Shown here: one piece after another, positions 36,560 to 45,478 of the stretch
Layout of the letters: the number at the start of each line of letters is the position of its first letter
Position numbering within the stretch: the stretch's first letter is position 1
Assembly: GCA_025934955.1 (NCBI GenBank)
Contig: JAICWE010000008.1
Span: 6,947-70,946 of the forward strand
Reading direction: 5' to 3'
Source: Gemmatimonadales bacterium
Lineage (GTDB): Bacteria; Gemmatimonadota; Gemmatimonadetes; Gemmatimonadales; GWC2-71-9
DNA length: 64,000 nt
Notes under the pieces: model-generated
What the model was told of the DNA's origin: nothing
The model's input: the letters and a program-made list of their open reading frames with translations, nothing else
The model's database searches: none
Translations under genes and position numbers: made by a program

Positions 36560-38042
36560 CGGCCAGCGGCCCGGCGGACGGAGCGGCGGACCCCGCAGTG
36601 GCGGCGGCCCGCGCAGTGGCGGTGGCCCGCGCAGTGGCGGTGGATCCCGAAGCGGCGGCGGACGCAGCGGCGGCGGACGCAGCGGCGGCGGACCCCGCGG
36701 CGGTGGGCAGGGCGACGGACGCGGCCCCGGTCATCCCGGTGGGTCGGGTGGCGGGCGCGACGGCGGTGGCCCCGGCGGGCGGGAGGGCGGCGGACGCGGC
36801 GGGCGGGGACGCCGCGGCGGACGCGGAGGCCGCGGACGGGGGCAGGGCGGCGGACAGGGCGGCCACGGTGGCGGCCCGCGGCCGGAGCACGCGCGCATGG
36901 CGACCGGTGGGCCGCCCGCCGTGCCGTCGTCCGGCCCGCTTGGGGTGCTCGAGATCGGGAGCCGCGGCGCCGGCTTCATGCGCCGGCGGGCCCACAGCTA
37001 TCTGCCGCACGACGGCGACATCTACGTGGATCCGCAGGTCATCCGCGAGTACAAGCTGCGGTCGGGCGACGAGGTCGAAGGCGCGGTGGCTCCGGCGCAC
37101 GGCGGGCGCGGCCCCGCGCTCCGTACCGTCTCCGCGGTCAACGGGCGGGAGCCGGGCGAGCGGCCGGAGTTCTCCCGCCTCGCCGCGATCCACCCGCGCG
37201 AGCCGCTCCGGCTCGAGCGGCTCGACGGCAGCGGCCGCGCCGACTACACCAGCCGCGTGATCGATCTGCTCTGTCCGTTAGGCAAGGGGCAGCGCGCGCT
37301 GGTCGTCGCACCGGCAAAGGCCGGCAAGACCACCGTCCTGCAGGCGATCGCGCGCGGCGTGGAGGCCAACTATCCCGACGCGCGCATCTTCATCCTCCTG
37401 GTGGACGAGCGGCCCGAGGAAGTGTCCGAGATGGAGGCGCTCGGCATCGGCGAGGTGGTCGCGTCATCGTTCGATCATACGGCGGAGCGCCATGTCGCCG
37501 TCGCCGAGCTGCTGCTCGAGCGGGCGCGGCGGCTGGTGGAGCACGGCGACGACGTCATGCTCATCGTGGATTCCCTGACCCGCCTGGCCCGCGCGCACAA
37601 CACCGCCGAGAAGGGGACGGGCCGCACGCTGTCGGGCGGGCTGGACGCCAACTCGCTGGAGCGGCCCAAGCGCTTTCTCGGCAGTGCGCGCGCGGTGGAC
37701 CAGTCGCAGGGCGGCGGGTCGCTCACCATCATCGCGACCGCGCTGGTGGACACCGGCAGCCGGATGGATCAGGTGATCTTCGAGGAGTTCAAGGGTACCG
37801 GCAACAGCGAGCTGGTGCTGAGCCGCGAGCTGGCGGAGCGGCGGGTGTATCCGGCGATCGACCTCGTCGCCAGCGCCACCCGGCGCGAGGAGCTGCTGCT
37901 CGACCCGGAGACGCTCGCCGCCTCACGCGAGATCCGCGGGCGCATCGCCGGCATGAGCGCGGTGAACGCGATGAGCGACCTGCTGGTGGATCTCAAGCGC
38001 TATCCCACGAACGCGGAGCTGGTGCGGACCCTGGCCGACTGA
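36549..38042 (+). CDS. rho: Transcription termination factor Rho with Arg/Gly-rich N-terminal extension
   Basis: Its ATG at 36549 overlaps the FKBP stop by 11 nt. The cold-shock-like RNA-binding part is LGVLEIGSRGAGFMRR...DIYVDPQVIREYKLRSGD. Walker A is APAKAGKT, and DERPEEV and the RecA-type core follow. The first ~125 aa are RGG/GPRSGG repeats. Confidence 0.95.
   Translation: MSDSGQRPGGRSGGPRSGGGPRSGGGPRSGGGSRSGGGRSGGGRSGGGPRGGGQGDGRGPGHPGGSGGGRDGGGPGGREGGGRGGRGRRGGRGGRGRGQGGGQGGHGGGPRPEHARMATGGPPAVPSSGPLGVLEIGSRGAGFMRRRAHSYLPHDGDIYVDPQVIREYKLRSGDEVEGAVAPAHGGRGPALRTVSAVNGREPGERPEFSRLAAIHPREPLRLERLDGSGRADYTSRVIDLLCPLGKGQRALVVAPAKAGKTTVLQAIARGVEANYPDARIFILLVDERPEEVSEMEALGIGEVVASSFDHTAERHVAVAELLLERARRLVEHGDDVMLIVDSLTRLARAHNTAEKGTGRTLSGGLDANSLERPKRFLGSARAVDQSQGGGSLTIIATALVDTGSRMDQVIFEEFKGTGNSELVLSRELAERRVYPAIDLVASATRREELLLDPETLAASREIRGRIAGMSAVNAMSDLLVDLKRYPTNAELVRTLAD
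36588..36707 (+). repeat. In-frame tandem repeats inside rho (18-bp units x4, then 15-bp units x2)
   Basis: GGACCCCGCAGTGGCGGC, GGCCCGCGCAGTGGCGGT (twice, identical), GGATCCCGAAGCGGCGGC, then GGACGCAGCGGCGGC (twice). They encode GPRSGG and GRSGG units. Confidence 0.85.
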
Positions 38043-38060
38043 CGCCGGGGGGAGGCGCCC

Positions 38061-39440
38061 ATGTTCACCCATACCGTCGCCGGGACGCGCTACCACTTCC
38101 GCGACCTGGCGACGCTGCTCGCGCGGGCGACGCCGGCCCGCTCGGGCGACGCACTCGCCGGACTCGCGGCGGCCTCGGCCGAGGAGCGCGTCGCGGCGCA
38201 GATGGCGCTCGCCGAGCTGCCGCTCCGCAGCATCGTCGCGCAGCCGCCGGTCCCCTACGAGCATGACGAAGTCACCCGCCTCATCTGCGACGGCCACGAC
38301 ACCGCCGCGTTCGCACCGGTCGCCCACCTCACCGTGGGCGACTTCCGCGACTGGCTGCTCCGCTACGACACCGACGAGCCGACGCTCGCCGCGCTGGCGC
38401 CCGGGATCACGCCCGAGGTCGCCGCGGCGGTGAGCAAGCTCATGCGGGTGCAGGACCTCGTGCTCGTCGCGCGGAAGTGCCGCGTCGTCACCAAGTTTCG
38501 CAGCACCATCGGCCTCGCCGGCCGGCTCAGCACGCGGCTCCAGCCCAATCATCCCACCGACGATCCGCGCGGCATCGGCGCCGCCATCCTCGACGGCCTC
38601 CTGCTCGGCAGCGGCGACGCGGTGATCGGCGTCAATCCGGCGACCGACGATCCGGCGTCGGTCGCCACCCTGCTCGCGATGCTCGACGAGCTGCGGGAGC
38701 GCTACGCGATCCCCACGCAGTCGTGCGTGCTGGCCCACGTCACCACCGCGCTCGAGGTGATGCGCCGCGGCGCGCCGGTGGACCTCGTCTTCCAATCCGT
38801 CGCCGGCACTGAGGCGGCCAACCGGAGCTTCGGCGTGTCGCTCGCGCTGCTCGACGAGGCCCACGATGCCGTGCGCGCCCTCGGGCGCGCGCCGGCCGGC
38901 GGCAACGTGATGTACTTCGAGACCGGCCAGGGAAGCGCGCTCTCAGCCGGCGCGCACGAGGGACTGGACCAGCAGACCTGCGAGGCACGGGCGTACGCCG
39001 TCGCGCGGCGGTATCGGCCGCTCCTGGTCAATACCGTCGTCGGCTTCATCGGGCCGGAATATCTGTACGACGGCAAGCAGATCCTCCGCGCCGCGCTGGA
39101 GGACCATTTCTGCGGCAAGCTGATGGGCCTGCCGATGGGCTGCGACGTCTGCTACACCAACCACGCCGAGGCCGACCAGGACGACGTGGACGTGATCCTC
39201 GCCCTGCTCGGCGCGGCCGGCGTGAGCTACATCATGGGCGTGCCCGGCGCCGACGACGTGATGCTGCACTACCAGAGCACGTCGTTTCACGACGCGCTCT
39301 ACCTGCGCCAGGCGCTGGGACGCAGGCCCGCGCCGGAGTTCGAGGGCTGGCTCGAGCGGATGGGCATCACCGATGGCGGCGGGCGCCTCCGGCCCGCGCG
39401 CGAAGCGAGGCTCCTCGGTGGCGCTGCCCGAGCCGAGTGA
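38061..39440 (+). CDS. eutB: Ethanolamine ammonia-lyase large subunit
   Basis: 459 aa. The start MFTHTVAGTRYHFRDLATLLA and a full-length EutB-like pattern. It begins 18 nt after the rho stop. Confidence 0.93.
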   Translation: MFTHTVAGTRYHFRDLATLLARATPARSGDALAGLAAASAEERVAAQMALAELPLRSIVAQPPVPYEHDEVTRLICDGHDTAAFAPVAHLTVGDFRDWLLRYDTDEPTLAALAPGITPEVAAAVSKLMRVQDLVLVARKCRVVTKFRSTIGLAGRLSTRLQPNHPTDDPRGIGAAILDGLLLGSGDAVIGVNPATDDPASVATLLAMLDELRERYAIPTQSCVLAHVTTALEVMRRGAPVDLVFQSVAGTEAANRSFGVSLALLDEAHDAVRALGRAPAGGNVMYFETGQGSALSAGAHEGLDQQTCEARAYAVARRYRPLLVNTVVGFIGPEYLYDGKQILRAALEDHFCGKLMGLPMGCDVCYTNHAEADQDDVDVILALLGAAGVSYIMGVPGADDVMLHYQSTSFHDALYLRQALGRRPAPEFEGWLERMGITDGGGRLRPAREARLLGGAARAE

Positions 39441-40182
39441 TCCCTGGGCGCCGCTCCGTGCGCTCACGCCCGCGCGCATCGGACTCGGCGCCGCGGGCGT
39501 GAGCCAGCCGACCGGGGCGCAGCTGGCCTTCCAGCTGGCCCATGCCCGCGCGCGCGACGCCGTGCACCACGCCTTCGGCCCGAGCTCATTGCTGCACGCG
39601 CTCGGGTCGGCGGGTCGGCCGGCCGTCGTGGTCGCGAGCGAGGCGGCGGACCGTGCGACCTATCTCCGCCGGCCCGATCTCGGCCGACGACTTTCGCCCG
39701 AGTCGCGCGCGCGACTCGACGCGCTGGGTCACGCGGCCCGGGACCGGTGGGACGCGGCGTTCGTCATTGCCGACGGACTTTCGGCGCTGGCCGCCGAGCG
39801 CCACGCGCTGCCGCTCCTCGAACGGATGCTCGCCCGCGCCGACACGGCCGGCTGGCGCATCGCGCCGATCGTCGTTGCCCACCAGGCGCGCGTCGCGCTG
39901 GGCGACGAGATCGGCGCCGCGCTCGGCGTGCCGCTCATCGCGGTGCTGATCGGCGAGCGGCCCGGCCTCAGCTCGCCCGACAGTCTCGGCGTCTATCTCA
40001 CGTGGGAGCCGCGCCCCGGCCGCAGCGACTCGGAGCGGAACTGCATCTCCAACGTGCGGCCCGACGGGCTGAGCGCGGATGCGGCGGGCGCGCGGCTCTG
40101 GTACCTGATGCGCGAAGCGCGACGCCGGCAGCTCACCGGCGTCGCGCTGAAAGACGAATCCGCCATCGCGCGGCTGGAATGA
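39373..40182 (+). CDS. eutC: Ethanolamine ammonia-lyase small subunit
   Basis: LRALTPARIGLGAAGVSQPT...LAFQLAHARARDAV is typical of EutC. The start is either ATG 39373 (68-nt overlap with eutB) or GTG 39418. Confidence 0.88.
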   Translation: MAAGASGPRAKRGSSVALPEPSDPWAPLRALTPARIGLGAAGVSQPTGAQLAFQLAHARARDAVHHAFGPSSLLHALGSAGRPAVVVASEAADRATYLRRPDLGRRLSPESRARLDALGHAARDRWDAAFVIADGLSALAAERHALPLLERMLARADTAGWRIAPIVVAHQARVALGDEIGAALGVPLIAVLIGERPGLSSPDSLGVYLTWEPRPGRSDSERNCISNVRPDGLSADAAGARLWYLMREARRRQLTGVALKDESAIARLE

Positions 40183-40200
40183 GCCGCGACCGTCGGTCGG

Positions 40201-41370
40201 CTACAGCAATCCCGACGACGGGTTGAGATCGCCTTCCGCGAAGCGCTCCGGGCGGAGCGCCCGCACGTCGAGCGTCGTGGCAGCGCCGTCCGACATGATC
40301 TCCGCCAGCAGCAGCCCGAGCGCCGGTGCGTGCATCACACCGTGGCCGGATGAGCCGTTCGCGAGGAAGAAGTTGGGGCAGCCGGGCGCCGCGCCCAGGA
40401 TGGCGTGCTTGTCGGGCGACATCTCGTAGAGACCGGCCCACGCGCCCGATCGATCCACCGTCGTGCGCCGGAGCACCGGCACCCGCGCATGCGCCCGCGC
40501 GACGACGTCATCCACCCATGCCGGCTCCACGTCGCAGGCAAACGGCCGTCCCGGCGCGCCCGGCGTCGGCTGCAGCAGCAGCACTCGCCCGTCACGCACC
40601 CGCAGGTGGAAGCCGTCGCGACAGAAGAGCGTCATCGGCATGCGTTCGGGGAGCAGATCGCATGGCGCGGTGACGGCGACCTGGCGCCGGAGTGGCTCGA
40701 CCGGCAGCTCGACGTCCGCGCGCCGCGCCAGGTCTCCGGCCCACGCGCCGGCGGCGTTCACCACGGCGCCGACGCTGATCGGGCCCGCCGAAGTGAGGAG
40801 CGTGGCGATCGCGCCGCCCGCGCCGCGCTCGATACCGGTCACCGTGACGCCACACTCCGTGCGGACGCCCATCCGCTTTGCCGCGGCGAGGTAGCCTCGG
40901 ACGATGCCTGACGGTCGGATGTAGCCGTCGGTGGGACAGAACGCGGCGCCGGCGATCCCGTCCGGCGCCAGCGCCGGATTGAGCTCGAGCGCGCCGCTCG
41001 CGTCCACCATCGCGGCCTCGGCCAGGCCCTCGGCGTGCTGCACCGCCTGTCCCTCGCGGAGCTGCGCGAGCTCGCTCTCGTCCGCGGCAAGCCAGAGATA
41101 GCCGCAGGGATCGTAGCCGGCGTCGCCGCCGGTCTCGTCGTGGAAGGCGAGGAGCCGCTCGCGCGCGAGGAGCGAGAGCCGGACGTTCGTGGCCGTGCCG
41201 TACTGCGCCCGGAAGCCGCCGGTCGCGCGGGCGGTGCTCCCCTGCCCCGGCGCCGGCTCGCGCTCCAGCACGACCACGTCGCGCCAGCCGCGCCGGGCGA
41301 GGTGATACGCCACGCTCGCGCCGATCACCCCGCCGCCGACGATCGCCACCGACGCGGCGCGCACCGTCAC
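40201..41370 (-). CDS. FAD-dependent oxidoreductase (DAO / sarcosine-oxidase-beta-like family)
   Basis: N-terminal dinucleotide fold VAIVGGGVIGASVAYHLARRG. DAO-family length and C-terminal GHGVMHAP motif. Confidence 0.85.
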   Translation of the reverse strand: MTVRAASVAIVGGGVIGASVAYHLARRGWRDVVVLEREPAPGQGSTARATGGFRAQYGTATNVRLSLLARERLLAFHDETGGDAGYDPCGYLWLAADESELAQLREGQAVQHAEGLAEAAMVDASGALELNPALAPDGIAGAAFCPTDGYIRPSGIVRGYLAAAKRMGVRTECGVTVTGIERGAGGAIATLLTSAGPISVGAVVNAAGAWAGDLARRADVELPVEPLRRQVAVTAPCDLLPERMPMTLFCRDGFHLRVRDGRVLLLQPTPGAPGRPFACDVEPAWVDDVVARAHARVPVLRRTTVDRSGAWAGLYEMSPDKHAILGAAPGCPNFFLANGSSGHGVMHAPALGLLLAEIMSDGAATTLDVRALRPERFAEGDLNPSSGLL

Positions 41371-41385
41371 GCGAGCGGCGCCACG

Positions 41386-41802
41386 TCAGGCGGTGAAGAC
41401 GTGCTCGGGATGCCTGAAGCTCTTGAACTCGAGCGCGTTGCCGCTCGGATCGAGGAGGAACATCGTGGCCTGCTCGCCGGGCTGGCCGGCGTAGCGGATC
41501 TGCGGCTCCAGCACGAACGCCGTACCCGACGCCCGCACTCGCGCCGCGAGAGCGTCGAACTGCCTCCACTCGAGCAGCGCGCCGAAATGCGGCATCGGGA
41601 CGGCGACGCCGTCCACCTTGCCCGCGTTGCTGGTGGGTGACGGCGCGCCGCTCGTGTGGGCCGAGATCTGGTGGCCGAAGAAGTCGAAGTCCACCCACGT
41701 GTCCGTGCTGCGCCCCTCGCGGCAGCCGAGCACGTCGCCGTAGAACCGGCGGGTGCTCGGCAGGTCCTTCACGAAGAAGGCGAAGTGAAACGGCGTCGCC
41801 AT
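41386..41802 (-). CDS. VOC (glyoxalase/bleomycin-resistance/dioxygenase) family protein
   Basis: FHFAFFVKDLPSTRRFYGDVLGC...GNALEFK pattern. Its ATG shares 1 nt with the serC stop. Confidence 0.8.
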   Translation of the reverse strand: MATPFHFAFFVKDLPSTRRFYGDVLGCREGRSTDTWVDFDFFGHQISAHTSGAPSPTSNAGKVDGVAVPMPHFGALLEWRQFDALAARVRASGTAFVLEPQIRYAGQPGEQATMFLLDPSGNALEFKSFRHPEHVFTA

Positions 41803-42914
41803 CAGCGCGCCGCCGCGGCGGCGGGACGGTTGGCCGCCTCGAACCGCTGCATGAACGCCACCAGCGCGCGCACCGCCTCGGGCGGGCAGGCGTTGTAGAT
41901 GCTGGCGCGCATGCCGCCGGCCGAGCGATGGCCCTTGAGTCCCTCGAGCCCCGCCTTCGTCGCCTCGCTCACGAACTTCGCGTCCAGCTCGTCGCTGCCG
42001 GTGCGGAAGCAGACGTTCATCAGCGAGCGGCTGTCGCGATCCACCTGCGCCTGGAACAGCGCGCTCTCATCCAGGAAATCGTAGAGCACCTTCGCCTTTG
42101 CCGCGTTGCGCTGCGCCATGCCGGCGAGTCCGCCCTCCGCCTTGATCCACTTGAACACTTCGCCCATGAGATAGATGCCGAGCGTGTTGGGCGTGTTGTA
42201 GAGCGACTTCTCCGCCGCCTGGGTGCGATACTGCAGCATGGTCGGCAGGTTCTTCGGCCCGTTGTCCACCAGGTCGTCGCGGATGATCACCAGCACCGCG
42301 CCCGACGGGCCGAGATTCTTCTGCGCGCCGGCGTAGATCAGGCCGTAGCTGGTGACGTCGATCGGCCGGCTGAACATGTCGCTCGAGGTATCGGCGACGA
42401 GCGGCACGCCGGATGGCACCGCCGGCTCCGTCTTCCACTGCGTGCCGTAGATCGTGTTGTTGGTGGTGAGGTGGACGTACACCGGCGACGGCGAGTACCT
42501 GATCTCGTTCGCGGCTGGAATGCGGGTGAACTTGCTCGCCGCGCCGCTCGCCGCCTCGTGCACCGCGCCGAAGAGCTTCGCCTCCTTCACCGCCTTCTCC
42601 GACCAGACGCCGGTGACGAGGTAGTCGGCGGTGCGGTCGCGCGGGAGGAAGTTCATCGGCACCATCGAGAACTGGAGCGACGCGCCGCCCTGGAGGAAGA
42701 GCACGCGGTAATCGTCGGGAATGCCGGCGAGGTCGCGGCAGGCCTGCTCCGCCTCGTCGCGGATGCGGTCGAACACCTTGCCGCGATGGCTCAGCTCCAT
42801 CACGCCGATTCCGCTCTCGGCGATGTTCCAGATGTCTTTCTGCGCCTGCCGGAGCACCGGCTCGGGCAGTACCGCAGGGCCCGCGCCGAAGTTGTGGATG
42901 CGTTCGGAGGACAT
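41802..42914 (-). CDS. serC: Phosphoserine aminotransferase
   Basis: [36 protein letters not shown] (PLP Lys context), [10 protein letters not shown]. Confidence 0.95.
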   Translation of the reverse strand: MSSERIHNFGAGPAVLPEPVLRQAQKDIWNIAESGIGVMELSHRGKVFDRIRDEAEQACRDLAGIPDDYRVLFLQGGASLQFSMVPMNFLPRDRTADYLVTGVWSEKAVKEAKLFGAVHEAASGAASKFTRIPAANEIRYSPSPVYVHLTTNNTIYGTQWKTEPAVPSGVPLVADTSSDMFSRPIDVTSYGLIYAGAQKNLGPSGAVLVIIRDDLVDNGPKNLPTMLQYRTQAAEKSLYNTPNTLGIYLMGEVFKWIKAEGGLAGMAQRNAAKAKVLYDFLDESALFQAQVDRDSRSLMNVCFRTGSDELDAKFVSEATKAGLEGLKGHRSAGGMRASIYNACPPEAVRALVAFMQRFEAANRPAAAAAR

Positions 42915-42947
42915 GGTTGCCTGTCGGGAGATGGTGGGTGTCGTATC

Positions 42948-44168
42948 CTACTGCCTGCCGTCGATCGCCGTCAGCTCGACGCTGATGACGTCGGGATTGC
43001 CGCCGCGGATCTCGTCCAGCGCGCCCTGACTGGGCACGCCGTCGAGGTGGATGCGCGCGCAGGTCGCCGTCGCGCCGTGATAGATGATGTTCTCGACCTC
43101 TTCCACGTTGATGGCGCCGCCCGCCAGCACCCGGAACACGTGCGCCAGCACGCCGGGCCGGTTGCGGTGGCGGATGGAGAGCACGTGACTCGCGGTGCTC
43201 CGGGCCAGCCGGTTCACCACGTTGGGCACGTCGCCCGTCTCCATGAACGTCCCCACGATGCGGAGCACCTCGTGCGCGATCGCCACCTGCGCCTGCTCGG
43301 TGGACGCGCCGACGTGATGGGTGCCGTACACCACGCCCGGCCCGCGCGCGATGGCGTTGCCGAACTCGCCCGTGGCGCCCGCCGGCTCCGGGTCGAAGAC
43401 GTCGAGCCCGGCGCGGATGCCACGCTCCGCCACCGCCGCCGCGAGCGCCGCCTCGTCCACCACCGTGCCGCGCGAGGTGTTGATGAGATAGGCACCCGGC
43501 TTCATCGCCGCCAGGAAGTCCGCGCCCACCAGGTGCTTCGTCTCGGCGTTGGCGGCGACGTTGACGGTGACCGCGTCGCTCACCCGCGCCACCTCGAGCG
43601 GCGTCTCTGCGTAGCGGATCCCGAGCGCCGCGGCCGCGGCGGGCGACAGGTTCCGCGACCACGCGATCACCGGCATCCCGAACGCCTGCGCCCGCACCGC
43701 GATCTCGCGGCCGATCTGCCCCAGCCCCACGATGCCGAGCGTGCGCCCGGCGAGCCCGCGCGCCTTGGAGTACTCGCCCTTGTTCCATTTGCCGGCGCGC
43801 AGCTCCGCCACCTGATCCGGAATGCGGCGGTCGAGCGAGAGCAGCAGGCCCATCACCAGCTCGGCCACCGCGATCGAGTTCTTGCCGGGACAGTTGGACA
43901 CGAAGACACCGAGACTCGACGCCGCGGCGACGTCGATGGTGTCGATGCCGGCGCCGGCCCGGATCACGAGCGTGAGACTGGTGCCGGCCTTGAGCGTGTC
44001 GGCGCTGACCCTGGTGCTCCGCACGATCAGCACGTTGGGATCCAGCTCGCGCACGAGCGCCGGCAGCTCGTCCGCCTTGGCGTCGGGCCGCGACTCGACC
44101 CGGCAGCCCAGCTCCTTGAGCCCGTCGACGCCGACCTTCTCGAACTTGTCCGCGATCAGGACCTTCAT
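42948..44168 (-). CDS. serA: D-3-phosphoglycerate dehydrogenase with C-terminal ACT domain
   Basis: I used the ATG at 44168 (MKVLIADKF, GGAG upstream); the track start at 44174 is a GTG. NAD fold GIVGLGQIGREIA. Catalytic RG..VD...L and HVGAST motifs. Confidence 0.93.
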   Translation of the reverse strand: MKVLIADKFEKVGVDGLKELGCRVESRPDAKADELPALVRELDPNVLIVRSTRVSADTLKAGTSLTLVIRAGAGIDTIDVAAASSLGVFVSNCPGKNSIAVAELVMGLLLSLDRRIPDQVAELRAGKWNKGEYSKARGLAGRTLGIVGLGQIGREIAVRAQAFGMPVIAWSRNLSPAAAAALGIRYAETPLEVARVSDAVTVNVAANAETKHLVGADFLAAMKPGAYLINTSRGTVVDEAALAAAVAERGIRAGLDVFDPEPAGATGEFGNAIARGPGVVYGTHHVGASTEQAQVAIAHEVLRIVGTFMETGDVPNVVNRLARSTASHVLSIRHRNRPGVLAHVFRVLAGGAINVEEVENIIYHGATATCARIHLDGVPSQGALDEIRGGNPDVISVELTAIDGRQ

Positions 44169-44198
44169 CACCACTCCGGGAAGGCCATGGCCTTCGAT

Positions 44199-45425
44199 TC
44201 AGTCCAGCGTATGCACGAAGAGCCCGCTGCGGAGCTTCGGCTCGAACCAGGTGCTCTTCGGCGGCATGATGGCGCCGGCGTCCGCTACGGAAAGGAGCTG
44301 CTCCACCGTGGTGGGCCGGAGCGAGAAGCCGATCGCCGCCTCCTTCGAGTCCACCCGCCGCTCCAGCTCCCGGGTGCCGCGGCTCCCGCCCACGAAGTCG
44401 ATGCGCGGATCGCTGCGCGGATCGCCGATGCCGAGGATCGGACCGAGGATCCGGTCCTGCAGTAGCGCCACGTCGAGCGACGCCACCGGGTCGCTCCGAT
44501 CGATGCTGCGCGGATCCAGGGTGAGCCGGTACCAGCGCCCCGCGAGGTAGATGCAGAAGCTCCCCGCCGCCGGTGCGAGCGGCGTGCGGGTCTCCTCCAG
44601 CGTGCCGACCCGGCGGAGCTGGGCCAGCACCTCCTCCGGCGACTGCCGCCAGAGATCGCGCACCACCCGGTTATACGGCAGGATCCTGAGCTCCGCCGCC
44701 GGAAACAGCACGGCGAGAAACCAGTTGTACTCCTCGTCGCCCCGGTGCTCGGAGCTGGCCTTCCGCCGCTCCTTTCCGGCGCGCCACGCGCTGGCCGAAC
44801 GATGGTGCCCGTCGGCCACGTACGCCACCGGCACCCGGGCAAAGGCCGCCACATACGCCGCCGGATCGGACGCGCGCCACACCGTGTGCCGCACGCCGTC
44901 CTCCGCGACGAAGTCGTAGAGCGGCGGCGCCGCGGCGTCCCGCGCCATCCGCGCCGCGATCTCGTCCGCGCCCTTGTACGTCAGGAGGACCGGCTCCGCG
45001 TTGGCGTTGACCGTGAGGACGTGGCGGGTGCGGTCGTCCTCCTTGTCCTTTCGGGTCTTCTCGTGCTTGCGGATGACGTCGCACTCGTAATCATCCACGT
45101 GCACGCAGCCGACGATGCCGGTCTGGGTCCGGCCTTCCATCTCCTGCCGGTAGACGAAGACCGCCGGCTCGGCGTCGCGCACCAGCGTGCCCTCGCTGAC
45201 ACAGCGGTCGAGCGCCGCGCGCGCGGCGGTGTAGACGGCATCGTCGTGCGGATCGGTGTCGGCGGGGAGATCGATGTCGGAGCGGCAGATGTGGAGGAAG
45301 CTGTGGCGATTGCCGCGGGCCAGCGACGCCGCCTCCGCGCGGTTCACCACGTCGTAGGGCACGGCGGCCACCTTCGCGGCGAGCTCCGGCCGGGGACGGA
45401 GCGCGCGGAATGGATTGAAGCGCAT
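44199..45425 (-). CDS. DUF1015 family protein
   Basis: I used the ATG at 45425 (MRFNPFRALRPRPELAAKVAAVPYDVV). The 871-aa track ORF upstream of that is an out-of-frame shadow of the MATE gene. Confidence 0.85.
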   Translation of the reverse strand: MRFNPFRALRPRPELAAKVAAVPYDVVNRAEAASLARGNRHSFLHICRSDIDLPADTDPHDDAVYTAARAALDRCVSEGTLVRDAEPAVFVYRQEMEGRTQTGIVGCVHVDDYECDVIRKHEKTRKDKEDDRTRHVLTVNANAEPVLLTYKGADEIAARMARDAAAPPLYDFVAEDGVRHTVWRASDPAAYVAAFARVPVAYVADGHHRSASAWRAGKERRKASSEHRGDEEYNWFLAVLFPAAELRILPYNRVVRDLWRQSPEEVLAQLRRVGTLEETRTPLAPAAGSFCIYLAGRWYRLTLDPRSIDRSDPVASLDVALLQDRILGPILGIGDPRSDPRIDFVGGSRGTRELERRVDSKEAAIGFSLRPTTVEQLLSVADAGAIMPPKSTWFEPKLRSGLFVHTLD

Positions 45426-45478
45426 GAGCCCGCATCCTAGCGGAGCCGCCGAGCGGGCGTCAAGCGCGCGGCGGTGCG

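Noticed and set aside
36264-37193. 309-aa minus-strand ORF and several plus-strand alternative-frame ORFs over the rho 5' region.
   Set aside because: They are mirror or alternative-frame translations of the RGG-coding repeats (poly-A/P/R strings). The rho frame continues into an unambiguous Rho core.
41637-44465. 942-aa plus-strand ORF across the VOC, serC and serA region.
   Set aside because: It is antisense to three genes with unambiguous motifs, and its composition is dominated by R/A/G/H/D with no domain pattern.
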